From Candidatus Bathyarchaeota archaeon (GTDB lineage Archaea > Thermoproteota > Bathyarchaeia > Bathyarchaeales > Bathycorpusculaceae), in contig CAVYXJ010000010.1 of the NCBI GenBank assembly GCA_963772455.1, positions 402,724 to 466,723 of the forward strand: 64,000 nucleotides of DNA. The letters are read 5' to 3'. Each line of letters starts with the position of its first letter. The first letter of the stretch is position 1. The notes beneath the pieces were generated by a model that worked only from the letters and a program-made list of their open reading frames with translations, was not told the origin of the DNA and did no database searches. A program made the position numbers and the translations under genes. Shown piece by piece: positions 22,225 to 32,047 of this stretch.

Positions 22225-23127
22225 GTGGCCATTAAGATTCTGGTTAGCGACAAAATATTTGACGAAGGCATAAAAATTCTTCAGGAAAAAGGATACGAAG
22301 TCACCTGTGCATGGGATATGCCAAAGTCGGAATTGCCAAAAATTATTTCTGACTATGATGTGTTAATTGTGCGGTCAGCCACCAAAGTTAAAGGTGAATT
22401 GCTTGATAACGCTAAAAAACTCAAAGTTATCGGTCGTGCAGGTGAAGGCTTAGACAACATAGATTTCGAAAAAGCTCAAAAACTCGGCATTTCACTAGTT
22501 AATACACCACATGTTTCCTACATGAGCGTCGCAGAATTAACAATAGGCTATATGTTAGCTTTATCAAGAAACATTGTTCAGGGCACAACAAGTCTCCGAA
22601 ACGGGGAATGGGAAAAAGAGAAATTAATGGGTCATGAAGTCAACGGAAAAACCTTGGGCATCATTGGATGTGGCTACATCGGCAAAAATGTCGAGCGTTT
22701 AGCAATAGCTCTTGGCATGAAAGTTTTACCCGTTGAGGAATGTGTTTATGACCGGTTCGTTCCACTTGGCCATATGCTCCCCCAAGCAGATTTCATTACA
22801 ATTCACGTCCCGTTAACATCACACACACGTCATATGATTTCTGTAAAAGAATTTAACCTAATGAAAAATGGAGTAATGCTTATTGATTGTTCTCGAGGCG
22901 GAGTGGTCGATCAAGAAGCACTCTACCAAGCCTTAGTTTCAGGCAAAGTTGCCGGGGCGGCATTGGATGTTTTTGAAGAAGAACCACCAAAAAACAACAA
23001 ACTCTTAAAATTAAACAATGTTATCGCCACGCCACATATGGGTGCTCAAACAAGTGAAGCGCAGCTAAAGGCAAGCTTACAAATAGCTTATGGAGTTATT
23101 GAAGCGCTTAAAAAAACTGTGAGCTGA
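22225..23127 (+). CDS. serA: D-3-phosphoglycerate dehydrogenase (short form, no ACT domain)
   Basis: IVRSATKV, GRAGEGLDNID, GIIGCGYIG, AALDVFEEEP, TPHMGAQT. Confidence 0.88.
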   Translation: MAIKILVSDKIFDEGIKILQEKGYEVTCAWDMPKSELPKIISDYDVLIVRSATKVKGELLDNAKKLKVIGRAGEGLDNIDFEKAQKLGISLVNTPHVSYMSVAELTIGYMLALSRNIVQGTTSLRNGEWEKEKLMGHEVNGKTLGIIGCGYIGKNVERLAIALGMKVLPVEECVYDRFVPLGHMLPQADFITIHVPLTSHTRHMISVKEFNLMKNGVMLIDCSRGGVVDQEALYQALVSGKVAGAALDVFEEEPPKNNKLLKLNNVIATPHMGAQTSEAQLKASLQIAYGVIEALKKTVS

Positions 23128-23132
23128 AGTGT

Positions 23133-24410
23133 TTGGTTGACATAAGACCCTTTAAAGCCATTAGGTATACAAGTGAAGCTGGCGACCCAGAGGATTTGAT
23201 TACTCAACCATATGATAAAATTGATTTACAAATGCAAAAAGAATACTATGCGAAATCACCGTACAATTACTGTCGCTTAATTCTGCCCATAGAGGAAAAC
23301 AAGTATCAAGTTGCAAAAGAACGCATAATGCAATGGCTAAAAAAAGGCGTAATGTCAAAAGAAAACCAATCAGCAATTTTTGTTTCACGCCAAGAATTCA
23401 CCTTAGAGGGCAAAAAATATGTGCGAACAGGAATAATCGCTGCCCTAAAGCTCTACAATTATAGCGAAAACATGGTATTTCCACACGAAGGTACCTACAA
23501 AGCGCCTAAAGCTGATCGCTTAAATATGTTGCGCACTGTTCAAAAGGACCTTGAACCAGTATTTTTAATTTATCAGGACCAAGAAAAGAAAACAATTGCT
23601 TTTCTCGAGGAAATAGCTAAAACCGAACCAGTAACAGAAGTCACGGATTCCTTGAAAGTTAAGCATACTATTTGGAAAGTAACTGATCCTGAGAAAATAA
23701 GTCAGTTGCAAGCGGTGATGGGCTCCAAAACAATGGTAATAACAGATGGTCACCACCGCTATGAAAGCGCAATTGCTTATCGGGATGAAATTCGCGGTAA
23801 AGGCAACTATAACGAAGATTCAGCATTCAACTTCCACATGAGCTACATTGTGCCTGTTCAAGAAGAAGGCTTGGTCGTTTTGCCAACCCACAGGCTTCTC
23901 AAAGAATACAAGTTAACATCTGAGCTTTTGGAAGCATTCAAGTTTTTCTTTGAGGTTCATGACATTGAGCCAGATGTTAAGGGAATAGAGAATTTCTTAA
24001 AACAACACGTTAACGAACATGCTTTCTGTATCTACGATGGCTCAAAAGCTTATGGTTTAACGCTCAAACACGATAAAGCGGTCTATGACTTTGTGAACGC
24101 TAATGTATCGAAGGAAACAAAAATTTTTGATGTGGTAATCCTGCGTGATATAGTTTTCAAATTTATTTTAAAAACTGGTGAGTTAAACATGGACGAAAAT
24201 ATCCTCTACGTGCGTTGGACCCAAGCAGCAGTTGAGAAGGTTAACACTGGGGAAGCCAGCATAGCGTTCCTTGTTAATCCAATTAGCGCTAAAACAGTTG
24301 CAGAAATAGCGCAACAACACGAACTTTTGCCAGAAAAAAGCACGGATTTTTATCCCAAGATGGTGTCTGGTCTTATGATGATGGATATTTCTGCTAGCGA
24401 AAAACTCTAA
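23133..24410 (+). CDS. DUF1015 family protein
   Basis: IRPFKAIRY, QPYD, FPHEGT, ITDGHHRYE, PTHR, LPEKSTDFYPK motifs. Confidence 0.92.
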   Translation: MVDIRPFKAIRYTSEAGDPEDLITQPYDKIDLQMQKEYYAKSPYNYCRLILPIEENKYQVAKERIMQWLKKGVMSKENQSAIFVSRQEFTLEGKKYVRTGIIAALKLYNYSENMVFPHEGTYKAPKADRLNMLRTVQKDLEPVFLIYQDQEKKTIAFLEEIAKTEPVTEVTDSLKVKHTIWKVTDPEKISQLQAVMGSKTMVITDGHHRYESAIAYRDEIRGKGNYNEDSAFNFHMSYIVPVQEEGLVVLPTHRLLKEYKLTSELLEAFKFFFEVHDIEPDVKGIENFLKQHVNEHAFCIYDGSKAYGLTLKHDKAVYDFVNANVSKETKIFDVVILRDIVFKFILKTGELNMDENILYVRWTQAAVEKVNTGEASIAFLVNPISAKTVAEIAQQHELLPEKSTDFYPKMVSGLMMMDISASEKL

Positions 24411-24500
24411 AAGCTTTTTCTAATTTAGCTCTTTCTTGATGAAAAATATTATAAGTCATTGACAAAAAATAGAGCTAAATTAAAAAAAGAGGAAAGAAAA

Positions 24501-25250
24501 ATGACTGAATCAGAAAAAATTACATTACCAACTCCAATTCCACCCACAAAAAAATACATTGCAGAATTAATCGGAACAATGGTGCTGGTTTTGATGGGCT
24601 GCGGCAGCGCTGTTATTGCAGGCGCGAACCTTAGTGGTATAAATGGTAACGGAACAGTAGGCATCTCCTTTGCTTTCGGTCTTGCAGTATTAGCAATGGT
24701 TTACGCCATCGGCGCAATTTCAGGTTGCCATATTAACCCTGCAATTTCAATATCAATGTTTGTTGCTGGAAAATTAAACGGAAAAGACACGGCATTCTAC
24801 GTTATTTTTCAATGTGTAGGCGCAATAATCGGTGCGGGAATACTCTATGCAATAGCAGTTGGAAATCCAGCGTATAATTTAGCAATAAACGGTTTGGGAC
24901 AAAACGGTTATGACACTGCTTCGCCTGGAGGTTACAATATGGTTTCCGCTTTAATCGCTGAAATAGTCTTAACTTTCATATTCTTGCTTGTCATCTTCGG
25001 CTCAACAAGTGAACGTGCACCAAAAGGATTTGCGGGAATTTCAATCGGCTTAACTTTAGTGCTTATTCATCTTGTAGCAATACCTATTGATGGCACATCA
25101 GTAAATCCAGCTAGAAGCCTTGGACCAGCATTATTCGCAGGATTAACTTCAGGCAGTGTAGCACTAAGTCAACTTTGGCTATTCATCGTCGCACCAATAA
25201 TCGGCGGCATCTTAGCTGCAATAGTCTGGAAAATATTTAAGCAAAAATAA
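24501..25250 (+). CDS. aqpZ: Aquaporin (MIP family)
   Basis: SGCHINPA and SVNPARS NPA motifs, GLGQNGY loop; ATG at 24501 follows GAGGA. Confidence 0.93.
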   Translation: MTESEKITLPTPIPPTKKYIAELIGTMVLVLMGCGSAVIAGANLSGINGNGTVGISFAFGLAVLAMVYAIGAISGCHINPAISISMFVAGKLNGKDTAFYVIFQCVGAIIGAGILYAIAVGNPAYNLAINGLGQNGYDTASPGGYNMVSALIAEIVLTFIFLLVIFGSTSERAPKGFAGISIGLTLVLIHLVAIPIDGTSVNPARSLGPALFAGLTSGSVALSQLWLFIVAPIIGGILAAIVWKIFKQK

Positions 25251-25293
25251 AACAATAACTTCCTTTTCTTTTTTGTCTAAAAATTAAAAAAGA

Positions 25294-25440
25294 TTATTTT
25301 ACAAACTTTGTGGAATGTCTTTTGAAACGTTTCTTACAGACAAGACTGCAAAAATAATATGTTTCACCGTCATAAGAAATTTTGAATTTAGCTGTATTCT
25401 CGTCTAGAACTGTTCCGCAAACAGGATCTCTAAATGACAT
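25294..25440 (-). CDS. YHS/TRASH-domain small protein (48 aa)
   Basis: Manual translation MSFRDPVCGTVLDENTAKFKISYDGETYYFCSLVCKKRFKRHSTKFVK*; DPVCG and YYFCS..C motifs. Confidence 0.88.
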   Translation of the reverse strand: MSFRDPVCGTVLDENTAKFKISYDGETYYFCSLVCKKRFKRHSTKFVK

Positions 25441-25585
25441 TACTTGTAGGTAACCCTCATCCACAAGATTCTACTTTCTGCCTATTATGGTTAGTGGTGG
25501 CACAGGACAAAACAAAAACGATTTTACTCCTCAAAATGTGCACTTGACAAATAAAGCGTATTGAAGCGGAAAACATGAAAAATAG

Positions 25586-25849
25586 TTAGTCGTCTTCGGC
25601 GTCTTCTTTAGCTAATTCAACTGCAATTTGATCATCATGACCGACGGCGTTTTTACGTGTTTCTTTTTTGCTAGGACCTTCTTCTTCTCTCCCTCTCATG
25701 AAGCCTTCTTCAGCAGCAGTGATTTCATCATCGTCGAGCATTTCTTCTCTTTCTTTTGAGTTGTATATGTCTTCGGTTTCTTCTTCTACGTCAGGTTTGG
25801 GGTCTCCAGTGAATAAGTATGGTAGGGGTTTTTTTTTGGCTTTACTCAT
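25586..25849 (-). CDS. Small acidic hypothetical protein
   Basis: EDIYNSKEREEMLDDDEITAAEEGFMRG; coding-like composition and RBS. Confidence 0.7.
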   Translation of the reverse strand: MSKAKKKPLPYLFTGDPKPDVEEETEDIYNSKEREEMLDDDEITAAEEGFMRGREEEGPSKKETRKNAVGHDDQIAVELAKEDAEDD

Positions 25850-26350
25850 TTTCTTTTACCTCTCAATTTTAAGCTTTAAAGCTCATGCATATTCTAATTC
25901 AACTTGTTTTAAGAGCTTTTATGACTATGTGATTGAGCTTTGACAGTCACATAATTCATTCGTGTTTTTGTTGATTATATTAATCAAAACACAATCCTAT
26001 TTATCGTTGCTTGTATTTGGAGGCTCTTAGATATTTTTTGCAATAAGAACTTGGATTAGTTGATAAAACTCCCATCTTGCTATCTTTTTTTAATTCAAGA
26101 TATTTTTTATGTTTTTAATTCTCTTGATTTGTAAAAATAATGCAAAAAATGGAAAATCTGATGTTTTTAATGTCAAAATCTTTGTTTTTTCGCAAATAAC
26201 GGTTTTTAACGTATCCTTTATCTCAAAACTTGCTAAAGCTTTTTATAAGCCGAACAAGCCTTTTGAGTTGTCACATTAATCATGCTATCACCAAAGCTTC
26301 TGAAGCTTTTAGAGACATCATGAAATATCCTGTGGCAGAAGAAACAAAAT

Positions 26351-27511
26351 ATGCAAATTCAATCATTTAAGGACTTGCCATTATCAGGAGAAGTCCTAAA
26401 AAGTATAGCAGAACTCGGGTTTGATAGTCTTTTTCCAATTCAAGCTCAAGCAATTATTCCCTTGCTCGAAGGCAAAGATGTCATCGGGCAAGCACAAACC
26501 GGAACGGGAAAAACAGCCGCTTTCGGCGTACCCATGGTTCAACGATTAAATCGTGAAATCCGTGGAGTTCAAGGATTGATATTAGTACCAACCCGTGAAT
26601 TAGCCGTGCAAGTAGCAGAACAAATGGCGCTTTTTTCTAAATACGCCAAACTGAAAGTTTTAGCTGTTTACGGTGGAGAATCCATCAACAAACAAATCCA
26701 CGCATTAGCAAGCGGAGTCCACATAGTTGTTGGTACTCCTGGAAGATTAATCGATCTCATGGAAAGACGTGTATTGAATCTTTCAAATGTTAAAGTGGTG
26801 GTTCTAGATGAAGCTGATCGCATGCTTGACATGGGCTTTACCGAAGATGTTGAATTCATTCTCTCAAAAACACCCAAAGACAGGCAAACTAGCCTTTTTA
26901 GTGCAACCATTGAACAATCAGTAATGCGAGTATGCAACAGGTATATGAAAAACCCCGAGAAAATCTTGGTAAGCAAAGACGAAATCGCATTAACCCAAAT
27001 GAAACAATTCTACACTGTCGTCAACCAAAACGGCAAATTCGGAGCACTCTGTGACATCCTACATGATGATCGCGTTGACAAAGCAATAATTTTCTGCCGA
27101 ACCCGCAGAGAAACCAGCCGCCTCTCAGACCAACTTTATCGCAAAGGTTGCAGAGTACAAGCATTACATGCAGGCTTCACACAAGCACAAAGAGACCGAG
27201 CAATCTGCGACTTCAAAGCTGGACGATTAAACTTGCTCGTAGCAACTGACGTTGCAGCAAGAGGCTTAGATATCGGAGGAATAACACACATTATCAACTA
27301 CGACGTACCAAACGATGCACCAGTCTACTTCCATCGCATAGGTAGAACAGCACGCAAAGGCGAAGAAGGCACAGCAATTACACTAGTAAGCTACGGCGAA
27401 ATGTCAAATTTTAACCAAATCAAATCGCTGACCAAAACCAAAATCGAAGAAATCAAACCATCAACAACAACCGAACGCGGCGACGACTCGGGAATCCAAA
27501 GCTTTTACTAA
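26351..27511 (+). CDS. DEAD-box RNA helicase
   Basis: Q motif, AQTGTGKT, PTRELA, TPGR, DEAD, SAT, ARGLD, HRIGRTAR. Confidence 0.97.
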   Translation: MQIQSFKDLPLSGEVLKSIAELGFDSLFPIQAQAIIPLLEGKDVIGQAQTGTGKTAAFGVPMVQRLNREIRGVQGLILVPTRELAVQVAEQMALFSKYAKLKVLAVYGGESINKQIHALASGVHIVVGTPGRLIDLMERRVLNLSNVKVVVLDEADRMLDMGFTEDVEFILSKTPKDRQTSLFSATIEQSVMRVCNRYMKNPEKILVSKDEIALTQMKQFYTVVNQNGKFGALCDILHDDRVDKAIIFCRTRRETSRLSDQLYRKGCRVQALHAGFTQAQRDRAICDFKAGRLNLLVATDVAARGLDIGGITHIINYDVPNDAPVYFHRIGRTARKGEEGTAITLVSYGEMSNFNQIKSLTKTKIEEIKPSTTTERGDDSGIQSFY

Positions 27512-27612
27512 AAAGCTTTCTTTATTTTCTTTTTATTAATTAAATTTTCAAAAAATAATTATTAAATAGTGATTAGTTACAACTTCAATATAGGTTCTGA
27601 GGATTTCTTTAA

Positions 27613-28326
27613 ATGAACGACAAAAAAGAAATTCAAAGAAAAAAATCCGTCAAGCATCTCAAGTCCACGCTAAAAAATCTTAGTCAAAAAACTGATTCTA
27701 CCCAACTTCCTTCGGATTTAAATCTTAAGCGTTTTGAAAAGAGCATGAATATTGACTATGAAAAATGGCATGATGGATTAGGGTATGATTTAGATGCAAT
27801 AAAATCGGCTTCAGCGACGGAACGCAAAACAATTGAACAGATTTTAATTCAACATAATCCTCGGGATTGGAGAGACATTGAAGCCATGTCGCAAATCGCA
27901 ACAGCAAACGCTCGAAAAACAATTAAGAGGGCGATGAACGACCCAAACCCCAATGTCCGAATTGCCGTTACAAGATATGCTCCAAAATTAGTGTCTAAAA
28001 GAGACCGAAGCAAATCGCTGATTAACGCATTGCAGAATGCAGAATTATTTGGTGGTCTCTCACAAACTCTTGATGACATCGAAAAATATCATCCAAAGGA
28101 AATCAAGGAAGCTCTCATAAAGGGATTGTTAAGTCGCAAGGGAGAAGTCGCAACTCTCTTTGCAGCAATGCTCTTTTACATATACGGAAAAGCTGATGAG
28201 CCTTTTGATATGAACCAAAGACCTTTCTTTCTACGCTTTAACACTGAAAACAAAACAGAAAGATTAGCGGTATTCTTAGAACTATGCAAAACACTAAACA
28301 TTAAACCTGAAAAATATTTGGCATAA
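27613..28326 (+). CDS. Hypothetical helical (HEAT-like) protein
   Basis: 237-aa ORF; DPNPNVRIAV resembles a HEAT repeat. Confidence 0.6.
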   Translation: MNDKKEIQRKKSVKHLKSTLKNLSQKTDSTQLPSDLNLKRFEKSMNIDYEKWHDGLGYDLDAIKSASATERKTIEQILIQHNPRDWRDIEAMSQIATANARKTIKRAMNDPNPNVRIAVTRYAPKLVSKRDRSKSLINALQNAELFGGLSQTLDDIEKYHPKEIKEALIKGLLSRKGEVATLFAAMLFYIYGKADEPFDMNQRPFFLRFNTENKTERLAVFLELCKTLNIKPEKYLA

Positions 28327-28843
28327 AAACGTAAAATAAAAAGAGAACTGCCTTTGAGGACTATTTTTAATGTTTGGTATCATCTATTAGATCCGAATTG
28401 CAGAATTGCCAGAATCTTCGATATTAGGTCAGTTTCCGTAGTTAGGGCAGAAAGTGGCCGTCGATTGGAGAGTATTCAGTTTTATTAAAGAAACATTGCT
28501 GATTTTTTAGTCAGATTGTTTTGGTTTTCACTCAAGAAATTAGTATTTCTTGAGAAAACTCAATGCAACAAAGGTGTTATCGTTACAACAAAAAACAATA
28601 CTGCTAATAAAAAAGGAATAATAGCTCTAAAAGGGCTGTCCTTAATTATAACTTTAGTGAATAACCTAATAATTTGTGTTTTTTGTATTTTGTAATCTAT
28701 TTTGCTAAAGCGTCTATTTCTAATCATTTTATTAACTCTTACGACGTGCACGTTTGTTAGTATCTTCAATCTTTTTAAAAATTATGAATTCTAAATCACT
28801 AAAATTCTAAATTTTCCTAGAAAAACGGGAAAAGACCATTATT

Positions 28844-28889
28844 GGAGGATTTGAACCCTCGACCCCCAACTTAGGAAGCTGGTGCTCTA
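28844..28889 (-). repeat. att-like direct repeat: degenerate copy of the central part of tRNA-Arg(CCU)
   Basis: ggaggatttgaaccctcgacccccaacttaggaagctggtgctcta matches 29614-29660 with one deletion and one substitution. Confidence 0.9.
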
Positions 28890-28937
28890 AGCCATTTCGC
28901 ATGTTCTTAGGCGGGAAGGTTTTTATTCAGTACTTAC

Positions 28938-28957
28938 GTTTATTATGTGTAATAAAC
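28938..28957. promoter_or_regulatory. Inverted repeat, probable antitoxin operator
   Basis: GTTTATTA-TGTG-TAATAAAC just upstream of the antitoxin start. Confidence 0.55.
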
Positions 28958-28970
28958 ATGTACGGGAGTA

Positions 28971-29198
28971 GTGTGCGTGAGTAACATTACTGTAAGAGTT
29001 CCAGAGGAGCTAAAAGGGCGCATGAGACGCTGCAAAAGCGTTAACTGGAGCGATGTTGCAAGAAAGGCGTTTGAAGAGGCTGCAAGTAAAGAAGAGATGC
29101 AATGCGCTGCAGAGGCAATCAAAAAACTTCGATTGGAGAGCAAAGTTGAATGGGATGGCGCTAGGGAGATAAGAAAATGGCGAGACGCCGGAACGTAG
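28971..29198 (+). CDS. vapB: Ribbon-helix-helix antitoxin (VapB3-like)
   Basis: ITVRVPEELK..M....VNWS.V.R pattern; overlaps the toxin gene. Confidence 0.85.
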   Translation: MCVSNITVRVPEELKGRMRRCKSVNWSDVARKAFEEAASKEEMQCAAEAIKKLRLESKVEWDGAREIRKWRDAGT

Positions 29199-29599
29199 TA
29201 CTAGACTCTTCAGTAGTCGTCAAATGGTTTAGCACAGAAACAAAATCAGATGAGGCACTAAAACTCTTAGATTCCTATATACAAGGAACAGTTGAGTTGA
29301 CAATCTCGGAAATTCTAATTTGCGAGGTTGGTAACGCTTTAAGATACAAACCTGATTACGATACACAGAAATGGAAAACTGCCCTTACTCAACTATTCAA
29401 CCTCCACATGGATGTGACTCACCTGAACGAAAACCTCACATATAGAACAGGCGAGATAGCCTACGAGGGAAAAATAACGTTTTATGACGCTCTACCCATT
29501 GCGATTGCTGAAAACAAAAAAACAGTCTGTATTACAGCAGATGGAGAGACACAATACAAAAAACTCCAGCCAAAGGGATACCCTGTCGAACTTTTATAG
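29177..29599 (+). CDS. vapC: PIN-domain toxin
   Basis: VVLDSSVVVKWF, EVGNAL, ITFYDA, ITAD acidic PIN motifs. Confidence 0.92.
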   Translation: MARRRNVVLDSSVVVKWFSTETKSDEALKLLDSYIQGTVELTISEILICEVGNALRYKPDYDTQKWKTALTQLFNLHMDVTHLNENLTYRTGEIAYEGKITFYDALPIAIAENKKTVCITADGETQYKKLQPKGYPVELL

Positions 29600-29603
29600 T
29601 AAA

Positions 29604-29681
29604 TGGCGGGCGGGGAGGGATTTGAACCCTCGACCCCCAACTTAGGAGGCTGGTGCTCTATCCGTACTGAGCTACTCGCCC
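29604..29681 (-). tRNA. tRNA-Arg(CCU), encoded CCA
   Basis: GGGCGAGTAGCTCAGTACGGATAGAGCACCAGCCTCCTAAGTTGGGGGTCGAGGGTTCAAATCCCTCCCCGCCCGCCA; A6-C67 acceptor mismatch. Confidence 0.95.
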
Positions 29682-29977
29682 AACTATTCTTTAAAATGGT
29701 GCTTGATTCTGCCTTATCTAGGTCAATATTGGCATTGTGACCAATGTGACCATTCTCGTTTGATATGTTGGGATATGTTTCTTTGGGCATTTCATTAAGT
29801 TTTCTCTGAATGTAAGCTAAGGATTGCTGATGATATGTAAACTGTGGCTTACCATTCATTCTGCATTTGTAATGTCTAGCTCTTGCGTATTTGATGTCTC
29901 CATTCTTATTATAGAAAACTTGGATAGAATCTAACTTGGTGCAACCTTCACTCCAATCAAACACATTTTATTTTCAT
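29682..29977 (-). pseudogene. Disrupted zinc-finger ORF reading into the tRNA, possibly an Int(N)-type split integrase fragment
   Basis: MKIKC (29977-29963) plus EGCTKLDSIQV...ARARHY...KPQFTYHQQS gives CxxC if 13 nt (29962-29950) are removed; the frame continues through the tRNA. Confidence 0.4.
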
Positions 29978-30110
29978 GAAGATTCATCTCTATACTAGGA
30001 GCTCACCTGATTGCTAAAGGAACTATATAATGACCATTAAAACTAGTTCTTTAGAGCTATTGATTACTTTGCTCAAAGGTTATTTAAAGAAAGAATAAAT
30101 CTACTGTTAG

Positions 30111-30443
30111 TTGAGGGTTAGCTTGTCCCTAAGAAAGATGAAAGCAGGTTATGCAATTGTAGCAGGTATCGGTGTTTTAGTTGGAGTGTTAGGCATCAGT
30201 TCAATGGTGTATTTTTTTACTGTTAAACAAGTTATGGGGCATTCAAACTCTATCTATGGGAACTATTTTGTTGCTGGCTTAATTTGCATTGTTTTTGCTA
30301 TTGCTGTACTTAGAATTACTATTCCAGCATTTCTGCCTCTTAAGAAGACTAACTTACCCACCAACAGAACTTGTCAATATTGTGGAGCAATAGTGGATGA
30401 GGATGATTTATCTTGCAAGAAGTGCAAGAAACAACTTGATTGA
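30111..30443 (+). CDS. Membrane protein with C-terminal zinc ribbon
   Basis: Two TM segments followed by CQYCG...CKKC. Confidence 0.7.
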   Translation: MRVSLSLRKMKAGYAIVAGIGVLVGVLGISSMVYFFTVKQVMGHSNSIYGNYFVAGLICIVFAIAVLRITIPAFLPLKKTNLPTNRTCQYCGAIVDEDDLSCKKCKKQLD

Positions 30444-30571
30444 ATAATTAACTGTTCTAAGGTATAACACTGAGTCTACAAAATCTGCTATCATCGTTTT
30501 ATAATTATAAAGGACTATTTTTTGAGCTTAGTTTTTGTGAATTTAAATAGTAAGATATTTAATAACTGATT

Positions 30572-30763
30572 ATGGCATTTGAACTAATTCCTTTTCCAAT
30601 CTCAATCATCTTTGCATTGGTTTTTATAATTGCATGGGTAGCAATCTTATGGAAGTTAAGAAAAACAGGAAAAATCTACTCTATTTTGTTTAAGCTAAGT
30701 GTTATTGCAGGAGCAATTCTGATAGTTGCTTTCATTTATGGAATAATTGCAAATATGCTTTAG
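30572..30763 (+). CDS. Small 2-TM protein
   Basis: Two hydrophobic helices separated by a basic loop. Confidence 0.55.
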   Translation: MAFELIPFPISIIFALVFIIAWVAILWKLRKTGKIYSILFKLSVIAGAILIVAFIYGIIANML

Positions 30764-30854
30764 CAGCTTTAGTCTGTCAGCTTTCAATCACTAAGAACTA
30801 GTTTGAGCAAATCCTATATGTAAACTGATTGCATTAGAAAATAGGGATTAACTG

Positions 30855-31145
30855 ATGATGAGATTTAGGAGCATTATCATTGTTAATGCTGTATTGATTA
30901 TGTTTTTTATTGTTGCTAATTATGCTGTTTGGAATATGGTGAACAGTAACACTCATCTTGGCAATACTATTATGAATCCAATCAATGTTATTGAGTCTAT
31001 GTGGGGAGATGTTGTTGATGGCAAAGGTGAGAGGATTGGAGGACTTAGTATTATGCCTAACTTTCCCTTTTGGCTATTCTTTGCTACAATAGCAGTAAAT
31101 CTATACTTTATCTATAATCTGAGTAAAAAACCAAATATGCACTAA
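30855..31145 (+). CDS. Small 2-TM protein
   Basis: N- and C-terminal TM helices; NFPFWLFF..IAVNLYFI. Confidence 0.6.
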   Translation: MMRFRSIIIVNAVLIMFFIVANYAVWNMVNSNTHLGNTIMNPINVIESMWGDVVDGKGERIGGLSIMPNFPFWLFFATIAVNLYFIYNLSKKPNMH

Positions 31146-31328
31146 ATATGCTCTATCAGCTTAGTCAGACTTAGTTTATACATCTAATAAACAAAGGAGA
31201 TTGCTTAGATGTATAATGCTTGCATATGCTATAGTTTCTTCAGCCTTTTTCTTATGTATATCAGATTTTAGAATGGTTATTACTTATTTTATTTCTTTAT
31301 GAAATAATAACAAATTAATTCTAAATGC

Positions 31329-31556
31329 TTATTTATCAATTCCTGATGAAATGCCAGTTGAAAGGTGCAAATTGCTTATTTCATCAACATTATCATTCGG
31401 TAGTGCGATTTCTCTTTTATTCAGGATAATATCACTATTTACTGCAGCTATGCATTTGGCGTTATCAATTAGGATCGCCAGTTTCTTATAAGCTACAAAA
31501 TAATCAAGAAATCTTTCAGCTTCTTCATTTTCAAATACTTGTTTATTTTCCTTCAT
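31329..31556 (-). CDS. Hypothetical protein
   Basis: 75-aa ORF with ATG after GTGA; no family recognised. Confidence 0.35.
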   Translation of the reverse strand: MKENKQVFENEEAERFLDYFVAYKKLAILIDNAKCIAAVNSDIILNKREIALPNDNVDEISNLHLSTGISSGIDK

Positions 31557-32047
31557 TTAAATCACATTGAGTCATTCTTTGTTTATTGAATATTAAGACA
31601 TAACGTTTGTTAATATGCACGTATATACGTCCAATGGTCAAAAGAGACAATTATCAATTTCGAATAATTTATTAATTAAAAGAAGAAAGCAAAAACTCCA
31701 ACGAAAAACAATCTTTTTTCAATAAATCTCTAAAATCAAATCAGCCATGAATAAGTACAATATTCATATTTTTATATTAAACAAATTATGTTAAATTGTA
31801 GATATAATCTGATTCATTATTGGTGACTGTAAAGTAATGATGACATTTTCCGCAGTGAAATGCCTCAATAGTAAAACAGTGATTCTTTAACACTCTAGAA
31901 GGTTTGTTTACTTCTTTACCACAGCTAGGACAATGCGTCATATAATTCATTATTTCTTCGACAAAAATAGCTTATTAGACTTGTGAACTCAGAATAAGTA
32001 ATAATGTTGCTTAAAAGAAACCATTCTTGAGTAGAACAAGAAGAAAA

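Larger units (their letters stand above)
28844..29660. mobile_element. Minimal tRNA-integrated islet carrying vapBC
   Basis: Bounded by the tRNA-Arg repeat pair; the only cargo is an antitoxin-toxin pair. Confidence 0.7.

Noticed and set aside
28844-28925. tRNA fragment with an upstream hairpin and CCCGCC as a split or permuted tRNA
   Set aside because: The 5' acceptor strand and D arm are missing, the copy has a T-stem deletion, and an intact gene lies nearby; an att remnant is simpler.
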